A DNA stretch of 64,000 nt from the sequence record SRR20825006_960, one strand, 5' to 3'. The position numbers and the translations under genes were made by a program. This document shows positions 19,622-29,464 of the stretch, in pieces (position 1 is the first letter of the stretch; each line of letters starts with the position of its first letter). The notes beneath the pieces were generated by a model. That model did not search any database. It was given only the letters and a program-made list of their open reading frames with translations, and had not been told where the DNA came from.

Positions 19622-19646
19622 GACGGAACGACATTCTAAAAGGTTA
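19622..19646 (-). promoter_or_regulatory. ECF-type promoter of the barrel-sigma-antisigma operon
   Basis: Minus strand reads TAACC-N16-CGTC, about 48 nt upstream of ATG 19573. Confidence 0.55.
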
Positions 19647-19724
19647 GAATGGAAACCAACTTTTTTGAAAAATATGAAAAAAAGAATTGTCAGGCACTTT
19701 AAAAATCCTCCTTAACTTCGTGGC

Positions 19725-20369
19725 ATGATGGAAGAATCTTTTGTAACGAATCTTATTCTTGGAATTGAGCAAACTTCATGGATTGAATGGATCGCGGTGA
19801 TTACAGGATTACTTTACGTGATTTTTGCCGCGTTGAAAAGTCAATTGTGTTGGATCTTCGCCATTATCTCTTCTGGATTGTACATCTACATTTGCATTAA
19901 CTATCAACTCTACATTGAAAGTGGGCTGCAAATTTTCTATGTCGCGATGGCCATTGCTGGCTGGATTGCTTGGAACAAATCGGTAAATTCCAATGATGAT
20001 TTAACAGTTCTAGACGCTGATAAAAAGCAAAATGATATCAAAACGTGGTCTCTTTCATCTCATGCTTTGAACATTGGAATTAGTGCGGCTGTCACACTTA
20101 TTCTGGGACTGGTCTTCGATCAACTGACGAATCAAGCGAACCCATATACGGATGCTTTTACAACGGTTTTCAGTCTTGCAGCTACGTTTATGGTGGTTCA
20201 AAAAGTATTGGAAAATTGGATCTACTGGATCATTATCGACTTTGTTGGAATCTATTTATACAATCAACGTGGGCTTACGTTAACTGCTGTTCTTTTTGGA
20301 TTATATACTATTCTGGCAATCATTGGTTTCTACGTTTGGTTCAAGAAATATAAAACCCGTGTTGCATGA
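19725..20369 (+). CDS. pnuC: PnuC-family vitamin transporter
   Basis: LQIFY, DAFTT and ENWIYWIIID motifs; -7-like TAACTTCG at 19713-19720 suggests a near-leaderless mRNA. Confidence 0.88.
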   Translation: MMEESFVTNLILGIEQTSWIEWIAVITGLLYVIFAALKSQLCWIFAIISSGLYIYICINYQLYIESGLQIFYVAMAIAGWIAWNKSVNSNDDLTVLDADKKQNDIKTWSLSSHALNIGISAAVTLILGLVFDQLTNQANPYTDAFTTVFSLAATFMVVQKVLENWIYWIIIDFVGIYLYNQRGLTLTAVLFGLYTILAIIGFYVWFKKYKTRVA

Positions 20370-20869
20370 TTCGCATAGCGATTACTGGACCTGAATCGAC
20401 AGGAAAAACAACCCTCGCAAAAGCACTTGCTGATCATTTTTCAGTTCCTCTTCATTTGGAATATGCGCGAACTTACCTCGATAACCTTGATCGTGCTTAT
20501 GAGCAATCTGATTTAGACATTATTTCCATAGGTCATCTCGCTCAATTCGAAAATGATACTTCTCCCCTTCAAATAATTGACACCGATTTCATTGTTATGT
20601 ATGATTGGTCGCAGCGAAAATTTGGAACCGTTACTCCGTTAATTAATGAGCTAGTTTCACGAAATTACTTTGATCTCCATATCCTTTGTACTCCGGATAT
20701 GCCTTGGGAGTTTGACACTCAGCGAGAATATCCCAACGACCGTGAATTATTGTTTACCGACTATCACGCCGCTCTTATTGATAAGATGAAACCCTTTTTA
20801 GTTGTTTCTGGCTCAGAAGCTCAACGCACCGAAAAAAGTATCGAGGCAATTCAAGCACTATTCATTTAA
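20366..20869 (+). CDS. NadR-like (AAA_28) P-loop kinase
   Basis: IAITGPESTGKTT, EYAR and PDMPWEFD motifs; overlaps pnuC by 4 nt. Confidence 0.85.
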   Translation: MIRIAITGPESTGKTTLAKALADHFSVPLHLEYARTYLDNLDRAYEQSDLDIISIGHLAQFENDTSPLQIIDTDFIVMYDWSQRKFGTVTPLINELVSRNYFDLHILCTPDMPWEFDTQREYPNDRELLFTDYHAALIDKMKPFLVVSGSEAQRTEKSIEAIQALFI

Positions 20870-20875
20870 AACCTA

Positions 20876-20883
20876 TAACTTTG
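20876..20883 (+). promoter_or_regulatory. -7 promoter element of the riboswitch leader
   Basis: TAACTTTG immediately upstream of the aptamer. Confidence 0.7.
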
Positions 20884-20886
20884 CGG

Positions 20887-20970
20887 CGTCTCTAAGGGGT
20901 GCTTTAAGAAATTATAGCTGAGATTATACCCATTGACCTGATCGGGATAATGCCCGCGAAGGGAAGTGAC
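20887..20970 (+). ncRNA. TPP riboswitch
   Basis: AGGGGTGC...GCTGAGATTATACCC..TGACCTGATCGGGATAATGCCCGCGAAGGGAA matches the THI-box consensus. Confidence 0.95.
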
Positions 20971-21032
20971 TTACATTGCTAATTTATTCATCACAGAGAA
21001 TTGGCCCCTTGTTCTTGTAACATTTTCAACAA

Positions 21033-23486
21033 ATGAAAACAAGACAACTATCAAAGATCTGTGGCCTAGCATTTTTCTTTCCGCTGGTCACATTTGCACA
21101 AAGTACGCTAACGGGAACTGTCACTGGAACTGACGGAGGAATTTATGATGCAAAAGTCCAGATTGAAGGCACTTATTTAGGGACTCATACAATCGAAAAA
21201 GGGCGTTATGAACTTACGAATATAAAATATGGCGAGTATATAATTAACTTCAGCGCTCCTGGATATGAACCGTTAAGTAAGCGTGTCACATTGGCAGGAG
21301 AATCTATTACGCTGGATGTAACACTCGCGATGGACGCTCAACTGATTCAAGAAATGATCGTTCGTGCGGTAATCGCTGACGATAAAACACCGACAACGTA
21401 CACCAATTTGGATAAAAAAGCCCTCGATAAGGGAAACTACGGTCAAGATTTACCGTATTTATTGAGAATGACACCTTCCGCGGTTGTAACATCAGATGCT
21501 GGTGCTGGAGTCGGTTATACTGGAATTCGAATTCGTGGTGTAGATCCATCTAGAACGAATGTGACAATTAATGGTGTTCCTGTAAATGACTCTGAATCGC
21601 ACGGTGTTTTTTGGGTAAACATGCCTGACTTTGCATCAACAGTGGATAATATTCAAGTTCAGCGTGGAGTTGGGACTTCCTCAAATGGTTCTACAGCTTT
21701 TGGTGCTTCTATAAATGTGAGTACCAATAAGGTAAATCGAAAAGCGTATGCTACGTTAGACAACGCCATCGGGTCATTTGGAACACTTAAAAACACGGTT
21801 AGCGCTGGAACAGGATTGATCAATAATAAGTTTACGTTTGACACGCGACTTTCAAAAATCGTTTCAGATGGATACATTGATCGCGCGTCGTCAGATTTGA
21901 AATCCTTCTACTTGTCAGGTGCTTGGCTTGGTAAGAAAAGTAGTCTTCGTGCAAATATTTTTAGTGGAAAGGAAATTACATATCAATCGTGGTATGGAAC
22001 GCCCGAATCTGTGATCAAAGGAACAGAAGCGGATCGAATAGCCTATGCAGATCGCAATTATATCTTCGGAGCAGATCGCGACAATTTATTGAATTCAGGG
22101 AGAACGTATAATTTCTACACGTACGAAAATGAGGTAGACAACTATCAACAAGATCATTATCAACTCCTTTTCGCTCACCGTTTTTCTTCTAAACTTGCCG
22201 TAGATGTCACTGGTCATTACACGAGAGGACGCGGATTCTACGAACAATACCGCGCGGATGATGATTTTTCGACGTATAATTTTGCGCCACTTGTAATTGG
22301 TTCCGATACGATTACATCAACCGATCTTATTCGTCGAAGATGGCTTGACAATCACTTTTACGGTGGAATTTTTGCCTTGAATTATAAGAACAATCGCTTG
22401 GAAATAAACTTCGGCGGAGGAGCGAACCAATACATCGGTCAGCATTACGGAGAAGTAATCTGGGCGGAATTTGCGTCCAATAGTTCCATCAGAGATCGCT
22501 ACTACGACAATGAAGGCGTTAAAAATGAGCTTCACTCCTATTTAAAGGCAACGTACAAGTTGAATCGATTTACGTTTTACGGAGATCTTCAAGTAAGAAA
22601 CATCAACTATATGTTTTTGGGAATTGATGAAGTAAGTGGCGTTCTTTCTGATTTAGAACAAGTGGTGGATTATACTTTCTTTAATCCAAAAGCGGGTTTA
22701 ATGTATGATTTCAACGAGAAAAACAATGCCTACATTTCTGCAGCAATGGCGAACAGAGAACCTATTCGTGCAGATTTCAGAGAAACCACACCTACCAACC
22801 GTCCGAAAGCAGAACAATTATTGGACATCGAGGCAGGTTATCGCTACAAAGGTCAAAAGCTATTTGCGAACGTAAATGGTTACTTCATGAACTATAAAAA
22901 TCAATTGATTTTAACAGGACAGATCAACGATGTTGGTGGATATACGCGAACAAATGTGGACAAAAGTTACCGCGCAGGAATTGAGTTAGAAGCCGGTTAT
23001 AGCATCTTGAAAAATTTGAGTGCAAGTGGAAATATAGCATTGAGTCAAAATAAAATTGCCAATTTCACGGAATACGTAGACAATTACGATATTGGTGGTC
23101 AAGACTCCATTCAACATTCGAATACAGATTTAGCATTCTCGCCGAACATCGTTGTTGCTGGCGGCTTGGTTTACGAGCCGATTAAAGGATTGGAATTGAC
23201 CATAATTGAGAAATATGTGGGAGATCAATTTTTAGACAATACTTCGTCTCAAACTCGAAAATTGGACGCGTATTTCTTTACGAATTTTGACATCCGCTAT
23301 ACGATAAAAACGACCATTTTCGAAGAAATCGTTCTTGGAGTTCAAGTAAACAATGCTTTCAACAAGATATATGAGAACAACGGATATACATGGGGATACA
23401 TATATGGAGGCGAAAGAACTGTGGAGAATTTTTACTACCCACAAGCAGGAAGAAACTTTATGGGCCGCGTGACATTGAGGTTCTAG
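21033..23486 (+). CDS. TonB-dependent receptor, probably for thiamine
   Basis: Plug motifs RIRGVD and QVQRGVGTS; C-terminal YYPQAGRNF...LRF; lies behind the TPP riboswitch. Confidence 0.92.
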   Translation: MKTRQLSKICGLAFFFPLVTFAQSTLTGTVTGTDGGIYDAKVQIEGTYLGTHTIEKGRYELTNIKYGEYIINFSAPGYEPLSKRVTLAGESITLDVTLAMDAQLIQEMIVRAVIADDKTPTTYTNLDKKALDKGNYGQDLPYLLRMTPSAVVTSDAGAGVGYTGIRIRGVDPSRTNVTINGVPVNDSESHGVFWVNMPDFASTVDNIQVQRGVGTSSNGSTAFGASINVSTNKVNRKAYATLDNAIGSFGTLKNTVSAGTGLINNKFTFDTRLSKIVSDGYIDRASSDLKSFYLSGAWLGKKSSLRANIFSGKEITYQSWYGTPESVIKGTEADRIAYADRNYIFGADRDNLLNSGRTYNFYTYENEVDNYQQDHYQLLFAHRFSSKLAVDVTGHYTRGRGFYEQYRADDDFSTYNFAPLVIGSDTITSTDLIRRRWLDNHFYGGIFALNYKNNRLEINFGGGANQYIGQHYGEVIWAEFASNSSIRDRYYDNEGVKNELHSYLKATYKLNRFTFYGDLQVRNINYMFLGIDEVSGVLSDLEQVVDYTFFNPKAGLMYDFNEKNNAYISAAMANREPIRADFRETTPTNRPKAEQLLDIEAGYRYKGQKLFANVNGYFMNYKNQLILTGQINDVGGYTRTNVDKSYRAGIELEAGYSILKNLSASGNIALSQNKIANFTEYVDNYDIGGQDSIQHSNTDLAFSPNIVVAGGLVYEPIKGLELTIIEKYVGDQFLDNTSSQTRKLDAYFFTNFDIRYTIKTTIFEEIVLGVQVNNAFNKIYENNGYTWGYIYGGERTVENFYYPQAGRNFMGRVTLRF

Positions 23487-23657
23487 GATCATTTTAATAA
23501 ATTTAGGATCGGGATGAGTTTTAGACCTCCAGCAAGGGAACAATCTAGAGAGAATAATGCTGGAGGAGCACTCAAATTTGATGATCACGGAAATCCTGTC
23601 TATAAGGTGAGAACTGGAATTCAAGAAGAAACGTTTATTTTACCGTGCAATCCTTGA
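23487..23657 (+). pseudogene. 56-codon open frame (47 aa from ATG 23514); possible gene remnant
   Basis: MSFRPPAREQSRENNAGGALKFDDHGNPVYKVRTGIQEETFILPCNP*; its stop is 5 nt before the next ATG. Confidence 0.35.
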
Positions 23658-23662
23658 TACTC

Positions 23663-24130
23663 ATGAAACTGTTCCTATTTCTTTCATTATTTTCCATTTT
23701 CACCAATTGCGCCCTGCATAAAACAAAAAATATGAACAGTAAAAAAGTCTATGAGTCTGTGAACGAATTGGGTTCGATGGACTATCTCATAATTGAACAA
23801 AACAAGAATTCCATTTCGGGTTACTGGATTGGAACGGAAGAAACTGTTGATCACGGAAACGTTCATTATGTTGCGCCTGCTGAAAACTTGACAATCACGG
23901 AAAACAAAATTTCCTTCACTGTGAGCGATTATAAGCTGTCCTCGCAATCTATTTCACCAACGTCTATGAACGTCGTACCGCTAGAAAATCAAACGAATCT
24001 TCCTTTATTTGCTGCAATGACTCTCTATTTTACAGGAGAAATAGACGAACTTGAGGTAACGTTATTGCGAACTTCTGATCTCCATGACTCTAATGCTGAT
24101 AATCTTAAATTAAAACGTCAAGCTAACTAG
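23663..24130 (+). CDS. Hypothetical lipoprotein
   Basis: MKLFLFLSLFSIFTN-C signal peptide/lipobox-like start. Confidence 0.7.
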   Translation: MKLFLFLSLFSIFTNCALHKTKNMNSKKVYESVNELGSMDYLIIEQNKNSISGYWIGTEETVDHGNVHYVAPAENLTITENKISFTVSDYKLSSQSISPTSMNVVPLENQTNLPLFAAMTLYFTGEIDELEVTLLRTSDLHDSNADNLKLKRQAN

Positions 24131-24699
24131 CTATTGACCTTAGTGTCTTTAACTAATTGAACCAATTGCTTATAAACCTCGCGTGCATTCGAGATGTACG
24201 CAATACTGTTCATTGTTCGCGCATTTGGAAGTGTTTCTTTGGATGACACCAACGATTTAAATCCAGCGGGGCCGAGCAAAATTGTTCCAGAACCATCAGG
24301 TTTCTCACTTAATTCAATATCGTTAAGAGAGGCAATGCTCACGGACTTCACCACCGTTTTCGTAATTCCAGACTTTACAATAATTCGTTCAGAAGTGAAT
24401 CCATAAACAGTATTCTTTCGATTCAGCGCATCAGAGATAAACCTTCCGAAAAGCATTCCAAGTCCAACCACTACAAAAGGAATTCCGAACAGAGCAAAGA
24501 GAAAACTCTCTTGAAAGGCCATGTATGTCCAAAAAACAGCGAAGCTACACCATGCCAAACTAAAGGGAATCATGAAAACATCATAAAGGCGAAATACTAT
24601 TCCTCGTCGAGGTATTCCTGCCCAAAGAAGCCGTTCATTTCGATCCAAATAAGGATCCAATTGGATTTTAAGCTCAGTATCAACAACCAACATAAACAT
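24127..24699 (-). CDS. Membrane protein with bacterial PH-like domain
   Basis: ERLLWAGIP, two TM segments, YGFTSERII and DGSGTI; start uncertain (24693-24702). Confidence 0.75.
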   Translation of the reverse strand: MFMLVVDTELKIQLDPYLDRNERLLWAGIPRRGIVFRLYDVFMIPFSLAWCSFAVFWTYMAFQESFLFALFGIPFVVVGLGMLFGRFISDALNRKNTVYGFTSERIIVKSGITKTVVKSVSIASLNDIELSEKPDGSGTILLGPAGFKSLVSSKETLPNARTMNSIAYISNAREVYKQLVQLVKDTKVNS

Positions 24700-24752
24700 C
24701 AATATAGAATTCTAAACTAATCATACTCTGCTCTATTTTCTAAAATTAAGGC

Positions 24753-24783
24753 AAAAAAAGAGGCTGCCAATACTGACAGCCTC
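24753..24783 (-). terminator. Intrinsic terminator
   Basis: Minus-strand RNA GAGGCUGUCA-loop-UGGCAGCCUC followed by U7. Confidence 0.85.
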
Positions 24784-24805
24784 GTGCAAAATTCTTCGAA
24801 TTCGC

Positions 24806-27403
24806 TTATTTCTTCACGAAAGATTTTGAAACTTTACCATTCGTTGTATTCAACTCAAGGATGTATGAACCTTGTTCGAATGACTCTAACGAGAATTCAA
24901 TTTCAGAAGCTCCACCGTCTACAACGTTTGATAAAACCACACGTCCGTTTAAGTCAAACACTTTGTAGCTTTCGATCTTGCTAGCGTTAGAAACAGCGTG
25001 TACTTCAGTTGTAGCTGGGTTTGGATACAACGTTACTGAAGATGCCAATAACAATTCTGGAATGCTCACATTGTTAACTGTGATACAAGCCGCTTGATCC
25101 GTACAACCATTTGATCCAGTAACCTGAACAGCATAGCTTCCATTGATTGTAGGAGTAAATGTTGCTGATGTTGCACCAGGGATTGGGTTATTTGTTCCGC
25201 AATCTATCCACTGATAAGTAACAGAAGATGGTGTTCCAACTGCAACTAAATCTCCACCTGATTGTGAAGCAGTAACGCTCACAGGTGTGTTTAACGTAAG
25301 GTTTAGTGTAATAACACTGTCACAACCAGCTGCGTTAGGAGTTGTACGTGTGTACGTTCCTGAAGCCGTTAAGTTTTGTGAACCAAACTGATAAGAAGTC
25401 GCACATTCTGTCAAATTCAATGTTGACGAAGTTGCTGAATTCATAGTAAGTGTTAATGTGATTGTACTATCACAACCAACAGAATTAGGAATTACATCTG
25501 TATAAGTACCACCTGCAGTTAATACAGATCCACCGAAAGCATAACTTCCACCTGGACAAATTGCTGCACTTAAAGCACTAGAGCTTGGCGCCAAAGCAGC
25601 CAATGTTAGGTTAACAATACTGTCACATCCAGCAACAGAAAGCAGCGTATCAGCATAAGCACCTGCCGAAGTAAGTGTTTGCGATCCAAATACGTATGAT
25701 TGACCTGGGCAAATACTCGCTGAGATATTGTTGATTAACGACGTTGTGATTGTTACACTATCCAAGATACTATTCAATACACATGTACCATTTGAAATAT
25801 TCACATTGTACGTTGTTGTTGCAGTAAGTGGGCCAGTTGTATGCGATGGTGTTGCACCATTTTGTACACTTGCTCCATTCATGAAGAAATCATAGTTTGT
25901 ATATCCAACAGTTGGAGATATCGTTAACGCTGTGTTAGAACAAAGAGTTCCGCTTGAAGCATTCGTTGGAACAACAAATCCGCCAAAAGAAAGTGCTGCA
26001 TCAATCATCATATATCCTAAACCATTTCCAAGTGGTGCTGGTGCACCTCCAAATAATGGGAATGTTGCCGCAGCATTAGGATCTACGTACGAGTTCACTT
26101 GATTTGCAAAAGGAAAATACCCCGTAGTTGCGTTCGCCGTTTGTCTAAAACCTACATAGATAGTATCACCGGCAACGTCAATTGCTCCGTTTATGAATGG
26201 GAATGTTTGCTTTGTGTCAAGCATCCCTGCAGTAATTGTAATAAGCGCAGTAGAATCAATGATGGTTCCACTTGCGTTCAATAAAATTCCTTTGATTGTA
26301 TTGTTAGCATTCGAAGCTGCAGCTGGGAAATAATTAGAAACTGAATTTACATACGTTTCAATATTACTTGGAATTACGTGTCTGTTCGCAATTAATCCAG
26401 CACCTGTATTAAATCCAACTCCTCCCGATTGAACAGAATTTCTTGAATATGCAAGTGTGTCGCACATTACTAACTGATCAAAAGATAGAGAGTTGTTTGC
26501 AGGTTGCTGATCATTAGGAATAGTGATTGTAAGCAATTGTGCTCCCAAACTAATTGTAGGAACATTATTAAAGAGTACTGTTGCACTCGCTCCAGGATTG
26601 ATTGATGAAACCGTTTGAGTAGCTGTATAAGGATTTGCTCCAGTAACAGTTAAGGTAACAGGAATGTTTGTTAAAGGTCCGCTTGATGTATTTGTCACAA
26701 CCGACGTTACTCTTTGACTTGTCTTAATTGTATTATTGAATTTCCCTTTTTCTCCAGCGACACCAGAAACGTTTAGTTCGTTGGTAAATGGATTTGGGAA
26801 AGAGAAACGAATTGTTGGTCTAAACGCCGAAAATGATGAAATGGTAGCAGCTGGTGTCGTTGTTGTAGTTGCATCTCCTTTCCAACCACTAGCAATTGAG
26901 TTGTCCGCGGCATATACAGCAGCTGTGGTCGTAAATGTAGAACCAAGGTAATCCCAAGCTACATACAAAGAACCACCTGTATACGTGAATGAATTTGTCA
27001 ACGTAAAATCAATATTTGCGACTGCTGATGGAATGGCATAAGCACCATTGTAAACACTTGTCATTGTAGAAATTACAGTAGCCCAGTTAGTAGGCTTGAG
27101 GTTTGTCACATCGGCTGTATTCTCTAGGTAAAATTGGATGTTACCTCCAGCAGGACCAGGAGTAGCAGCTCCAGTTAGGATATAACCAATTTTGGAAAAA
27201 ATAGTTCCAGATGGAATGGCTGCAATTTCTGAAGCGGGAATTATTATCACGCCTCGAAGAGTCGTATGCGACGTAGCTCCATTCGGAGCGCGGACCGCAG
27301 TAGTGGCTCCATTATTTGCGCTTGTAACCGTTAGCTCTGGTTGCGCAAAACCAGCAAGTGACAAGAGCACTGTGCTGATAAAAAGTAAAGAGTTTTTTTT
27401 CAT
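24806..27403 (-). CDS. Large Thr/Ser/Gly-rich T9SS cargo protein
   Basis: Signal peptide MKKNSLL; Ig-like segments; LYPNPA CTD ending KSFVKK. Confidence 0.9.
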   Translation of the reverse strand: MKKNSLLFISTVLLSLAGFAQPELTVTSANNGATTAVRAPNGATSHTTLRGVIIIPASEIAAIPSGTIFSKIGYILTGAATPGPAGGNIQFYLENTADVTNLKPTNWATVISTMTSVYNGAYAIPSAVANIDFTLTNSFTYTGGSLYVAWDYLGSTFTTTAAVYAADNSIASGWKGDATTTTTPAATISSFSAFRPTIRFSFPNPFTNELNVSGVAGEKGKFNNTIKTSQRVTSVVTNTSSGPLTNIPVTLTVTGANPYTATQTVSSINPGASATVLFNNVPTISLGAQLLTITIPNDQQPANNSLSFDQLVMCDTLAYSRNSVQSGGVGFNTGAGLIANRHVIPSNIETYVNSVSNYFPAAASNANNTIKGILLNASGTIIDSTALITITAGMLDTKQTFPFINGAIDVAGDTIYVGFRQTANATTGYFPFANQVNSYVDPNAAATFPLFGGAPAPLGNGLGYMMIDAALSFGGFVVPTNASSGTLCSNTALTISPTVGYTNYDFFMNGASVQNGATPSHTTGPLTATTTYNVNISNGTCVLNSILDSVTITTSLINNISASICPGQSYVFGSQTLTSAGAYADTLLSVAGCDSIVNLTLAALAPSSSALSAAICPGGSYAFGGSVLTAGGTYTDVIPNSVGCDSTITLTLTMNSATSSTLNLTECATSYQFGSQNLTASGTYTRTTPNAAGCDSVITLNLTLNTPVSVTASQSGGDLVAVGTPSSVTYQWIDCGTNNPIPGATSATFTPTINGSYAVQVTGSNGCTDQAACITVNNVSIPELLLASSVTLYPNPATTEVHAVSNASKIESYKVFDLNGRVVLSNVVDGGASEIEFSLESFEQGSYILELNTTNGKVSKSFVKK
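25290..25730 (-). repeat. Three ~50-aa intragenic repeats (C...SY.FG...G.Y...GCDS)
   Basis: ICPGQSYVFG..GCDSIV, ICPGGSYAFG..GCDSTI and ECATSYQFG..GCDSVI; boundaries approximate. Confidence 0.8.
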
Positions 27404-27575
27404 AAATACATATTTCTGTACAGAGCCAAATGTAGAACATTTCGGTTTCAGATTTTTCATTTCAAAAAAATAAATATTCCGTCATTTTGTTCAGCATTTT
27501 AATCCTGTTTCAGAAAAATAAAAAAGTCAATACTAAACGCTTTTAGCTGCCTAACCTTCTCTTTTATAGACAAAT

Positions 27576-27604
27576 AAAAAAGTCGCCCGATTAGTGACGA
27601 CTTT
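27576..27604 (-). terminator. Intrinsic terminator
   Basis: Minus-strand RNA stem AAAGUCGUC / GGCGACUUU followed by a U run. Confidence 0.75.
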
Positions 27605-27638
27605 CTCTCAATTTAGTTGATATTGGTTTGGTTTTGAC

Positions 27639-29216
27639 TTATTCTATGACCACTTTTAGGGTATTTATCCTTCCATTTTCTGTGAAATTCAACAGGTAAA
27701 TTCCTGCAGGTTGAGAAACGTTTATTTCAACTTTATCACCATTCACGTTCTTTTCGAATATCACCCTACCAGATAGGTCCTGAAGAGAGATTATTCCATT
27801 TGAAACAGAATGATCAAATTTCACTGCAAATTTTCCATTTGAAGGATTAGGATAAACCGACACAAAATTAGCAGGCAATTGCTCTAAGGATGCTGTGAGG
27901 AAGATGCAATTCGAAGTGTCCGCGTCGAAAAACGCTTGAACATCATCCGCAACTGAAAGCAGCCCATCTGCGCTCGCTAAATTATCCACACCACGATTAT
28001 AGATTATTGCGTGATCATATTCTTTTATTTCACCAGGGACGAAAGAATTAGACGCAATCACCGTAATTAATTTTCGATCTCCAGGCGCGTTACTAACTTC
28101 TACTTCTGTTTCTCCCGTAAGTGTCATAGGATTTCCGTTGAAGAAGAAATTCGCAGTTGTATTATATCCATTTTGTAACAGAGGAGCTCCAGCGTTGTCT
28201 CTTCCATTCATTCGATGCCAATAACTCAGAGGAGTATTTAAAGTCAAGAATGGTTGCGTTCCACCATCTAGAGATATTCCTTTCGATAAATCATTCGACA
28301 GTGACATTATCCCAATTGCAGGAGGAGCTGCGCCATATCCATTCGAATTTCCATTGTCCTCGTCGAAATTGTCTCCGTTATAGGCAAACATCAAATTTCT
28401 CGTGCTGTCACATCCTAAATAATCATCACCATAAAACCCTAAATCTGGATCTGTGAACGTTGCAACTCTGAAATCAGGGTATGAAGCCGTACTTCTATTG
28501 ATCACCTTCGTATTTACAAAAGTGGTATTATTTATGGCATCGTTTGTTTCATACTGGTAAACCATAAAGTGAACTTCTATTCCCAATGGATCTCCACCTG
28601 ATGTATGAACGTCACCTTTGTCGTTCATAATAATATAAACCGCCTTATCGCCTTTAACACATGGAAAATCTCCTAAACTTGGATCATACATCCCATTCCC
28701 ATTGGCATCTACGAAAGGAGCTAAATAATAATCAAACCCTTGAGCAAGGTCTCCGTGAGCTGGCCAATTTGCGATTGATGGTGGAGTAACGTATCCAGCG
28801 TTCATGTAATTCGCAACATGATCATTAATCTCTGCGCGAGTAATGGGAAAGAGTCCTTGTGGCCAAGCTCCTGGACTTGGAGGTGTTGCCAATCCATCCG
28901 CAGTTAAAGGACCAAGGAAAAGGTCTTCTCCTATACCATACGTTTGCGCGGAGAGTTTTACTTGTCCATTGACGTCTACAGCGCCAAACCAAAATCCCAT
29001 TACGTACAAAGCGTTCAACCCCGATCCTTTCGGAACTTCGTAACCTGCCAACGATGCGCTTGAGTTTGTAAAAAACAATCCTCCATCGGAGATAATTGCG
29101 CTTACATTGTTTTGATCTAAAACTGTGTTAGATTGTGTTTTTCCTATTAATGAGCATGACATAAATAGCGATAGAACTACCGCTTGTCGCGTAAGTAATT
29201 GATTGACTTTTTTCAT
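27639..29216 (-). CDS. T9SS cargo protein of unknown function
   Basis: Signal peptide; GYEVPKGSG; dockerin-like DANGNGMYDP; VYPNPS CTD. Confidence 0.9.
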   Translation of the reverse strand: MKKVNQLLTRQAVVLSLFMSCSLIGKTQSNTVLDQNNVSAIISDGGLFFTNSSASLAGYEVPKGSGLNALYVMGFWFGAVDVNGQVKLSAQTYGIGEDLFLGPLTADGLATPPSPGAWPQGLFPITRAEINDHVANYMNAGYVTPPSIANWPAHGDLAQGFDYYLAPFVDANGNGMYDPSLGDFPCVKGDKAVYIIMNDKGDVHTSGGDPLGIEVHFMVYQYETNDAINNTTFVNTKVINRSTASYPDFRVATFTDPDLGFYGDDYLGCDSTRNLMFAYNGDNFDEDNGNSNGYGAAPPAIGIMSLSNDLSKGISLDGGTQPFLTLNTPLSYWHRMNGRDNAGAPLLQNGYNTTANFFFNGNPMTLTGETEVEVSNAPGDRKLITVIASNSFVPGEIKEYDHAIIYNRGVDNLASADGLLSVADDVQAFFDADTSNCIFLTASLEQLPANFVSVYPNPSNGKFAVKFDHSVSNGIISLQDLSGRVIFEKNVNGDKVEINVSQPAGIYLLNFTENGRINTLKVVIE

Positions 29217-29251
29217 TGTATTTATATTTTAGGTTTTGCTAAGTAGTATTT

Positions 29252-29337
29252 AAGTAGAAGAAAAGGGAGACCTTTCGACCTCCCTATCCCGATGTTTGCT
29301 AAAACATATCTACGAAAATCTACTCTTAACGAAACTA
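29252..29337 (-). promoter_or_regulatory. Promoter plus structured 5' leader with terminator hairpin
   Basis: -7-like TAGTTTCG (29330-29337); GGGAGGUC-GAAA-GGUCUCCC followed by UUUUCUU. Confidence 0.55.
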
Positions 29338-29464
29338 AGGCATATTTCTGCTTCAGTTTTTAAATTCTAAGCAATAAAAAGATGAAGTATATCTCTCTAA
29401 AACACTGTTATAAACAGATCTAAATCATGTTAAAACAATCTAGAGCACCGAATATTCAATGAAG

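Noticed and set aside
23484-23657. TAG readthrough extending the TonB receptor
   Set aside because: The receptor already ends in a canonical C-terminal Phe beta-signal, which an extension would mask.
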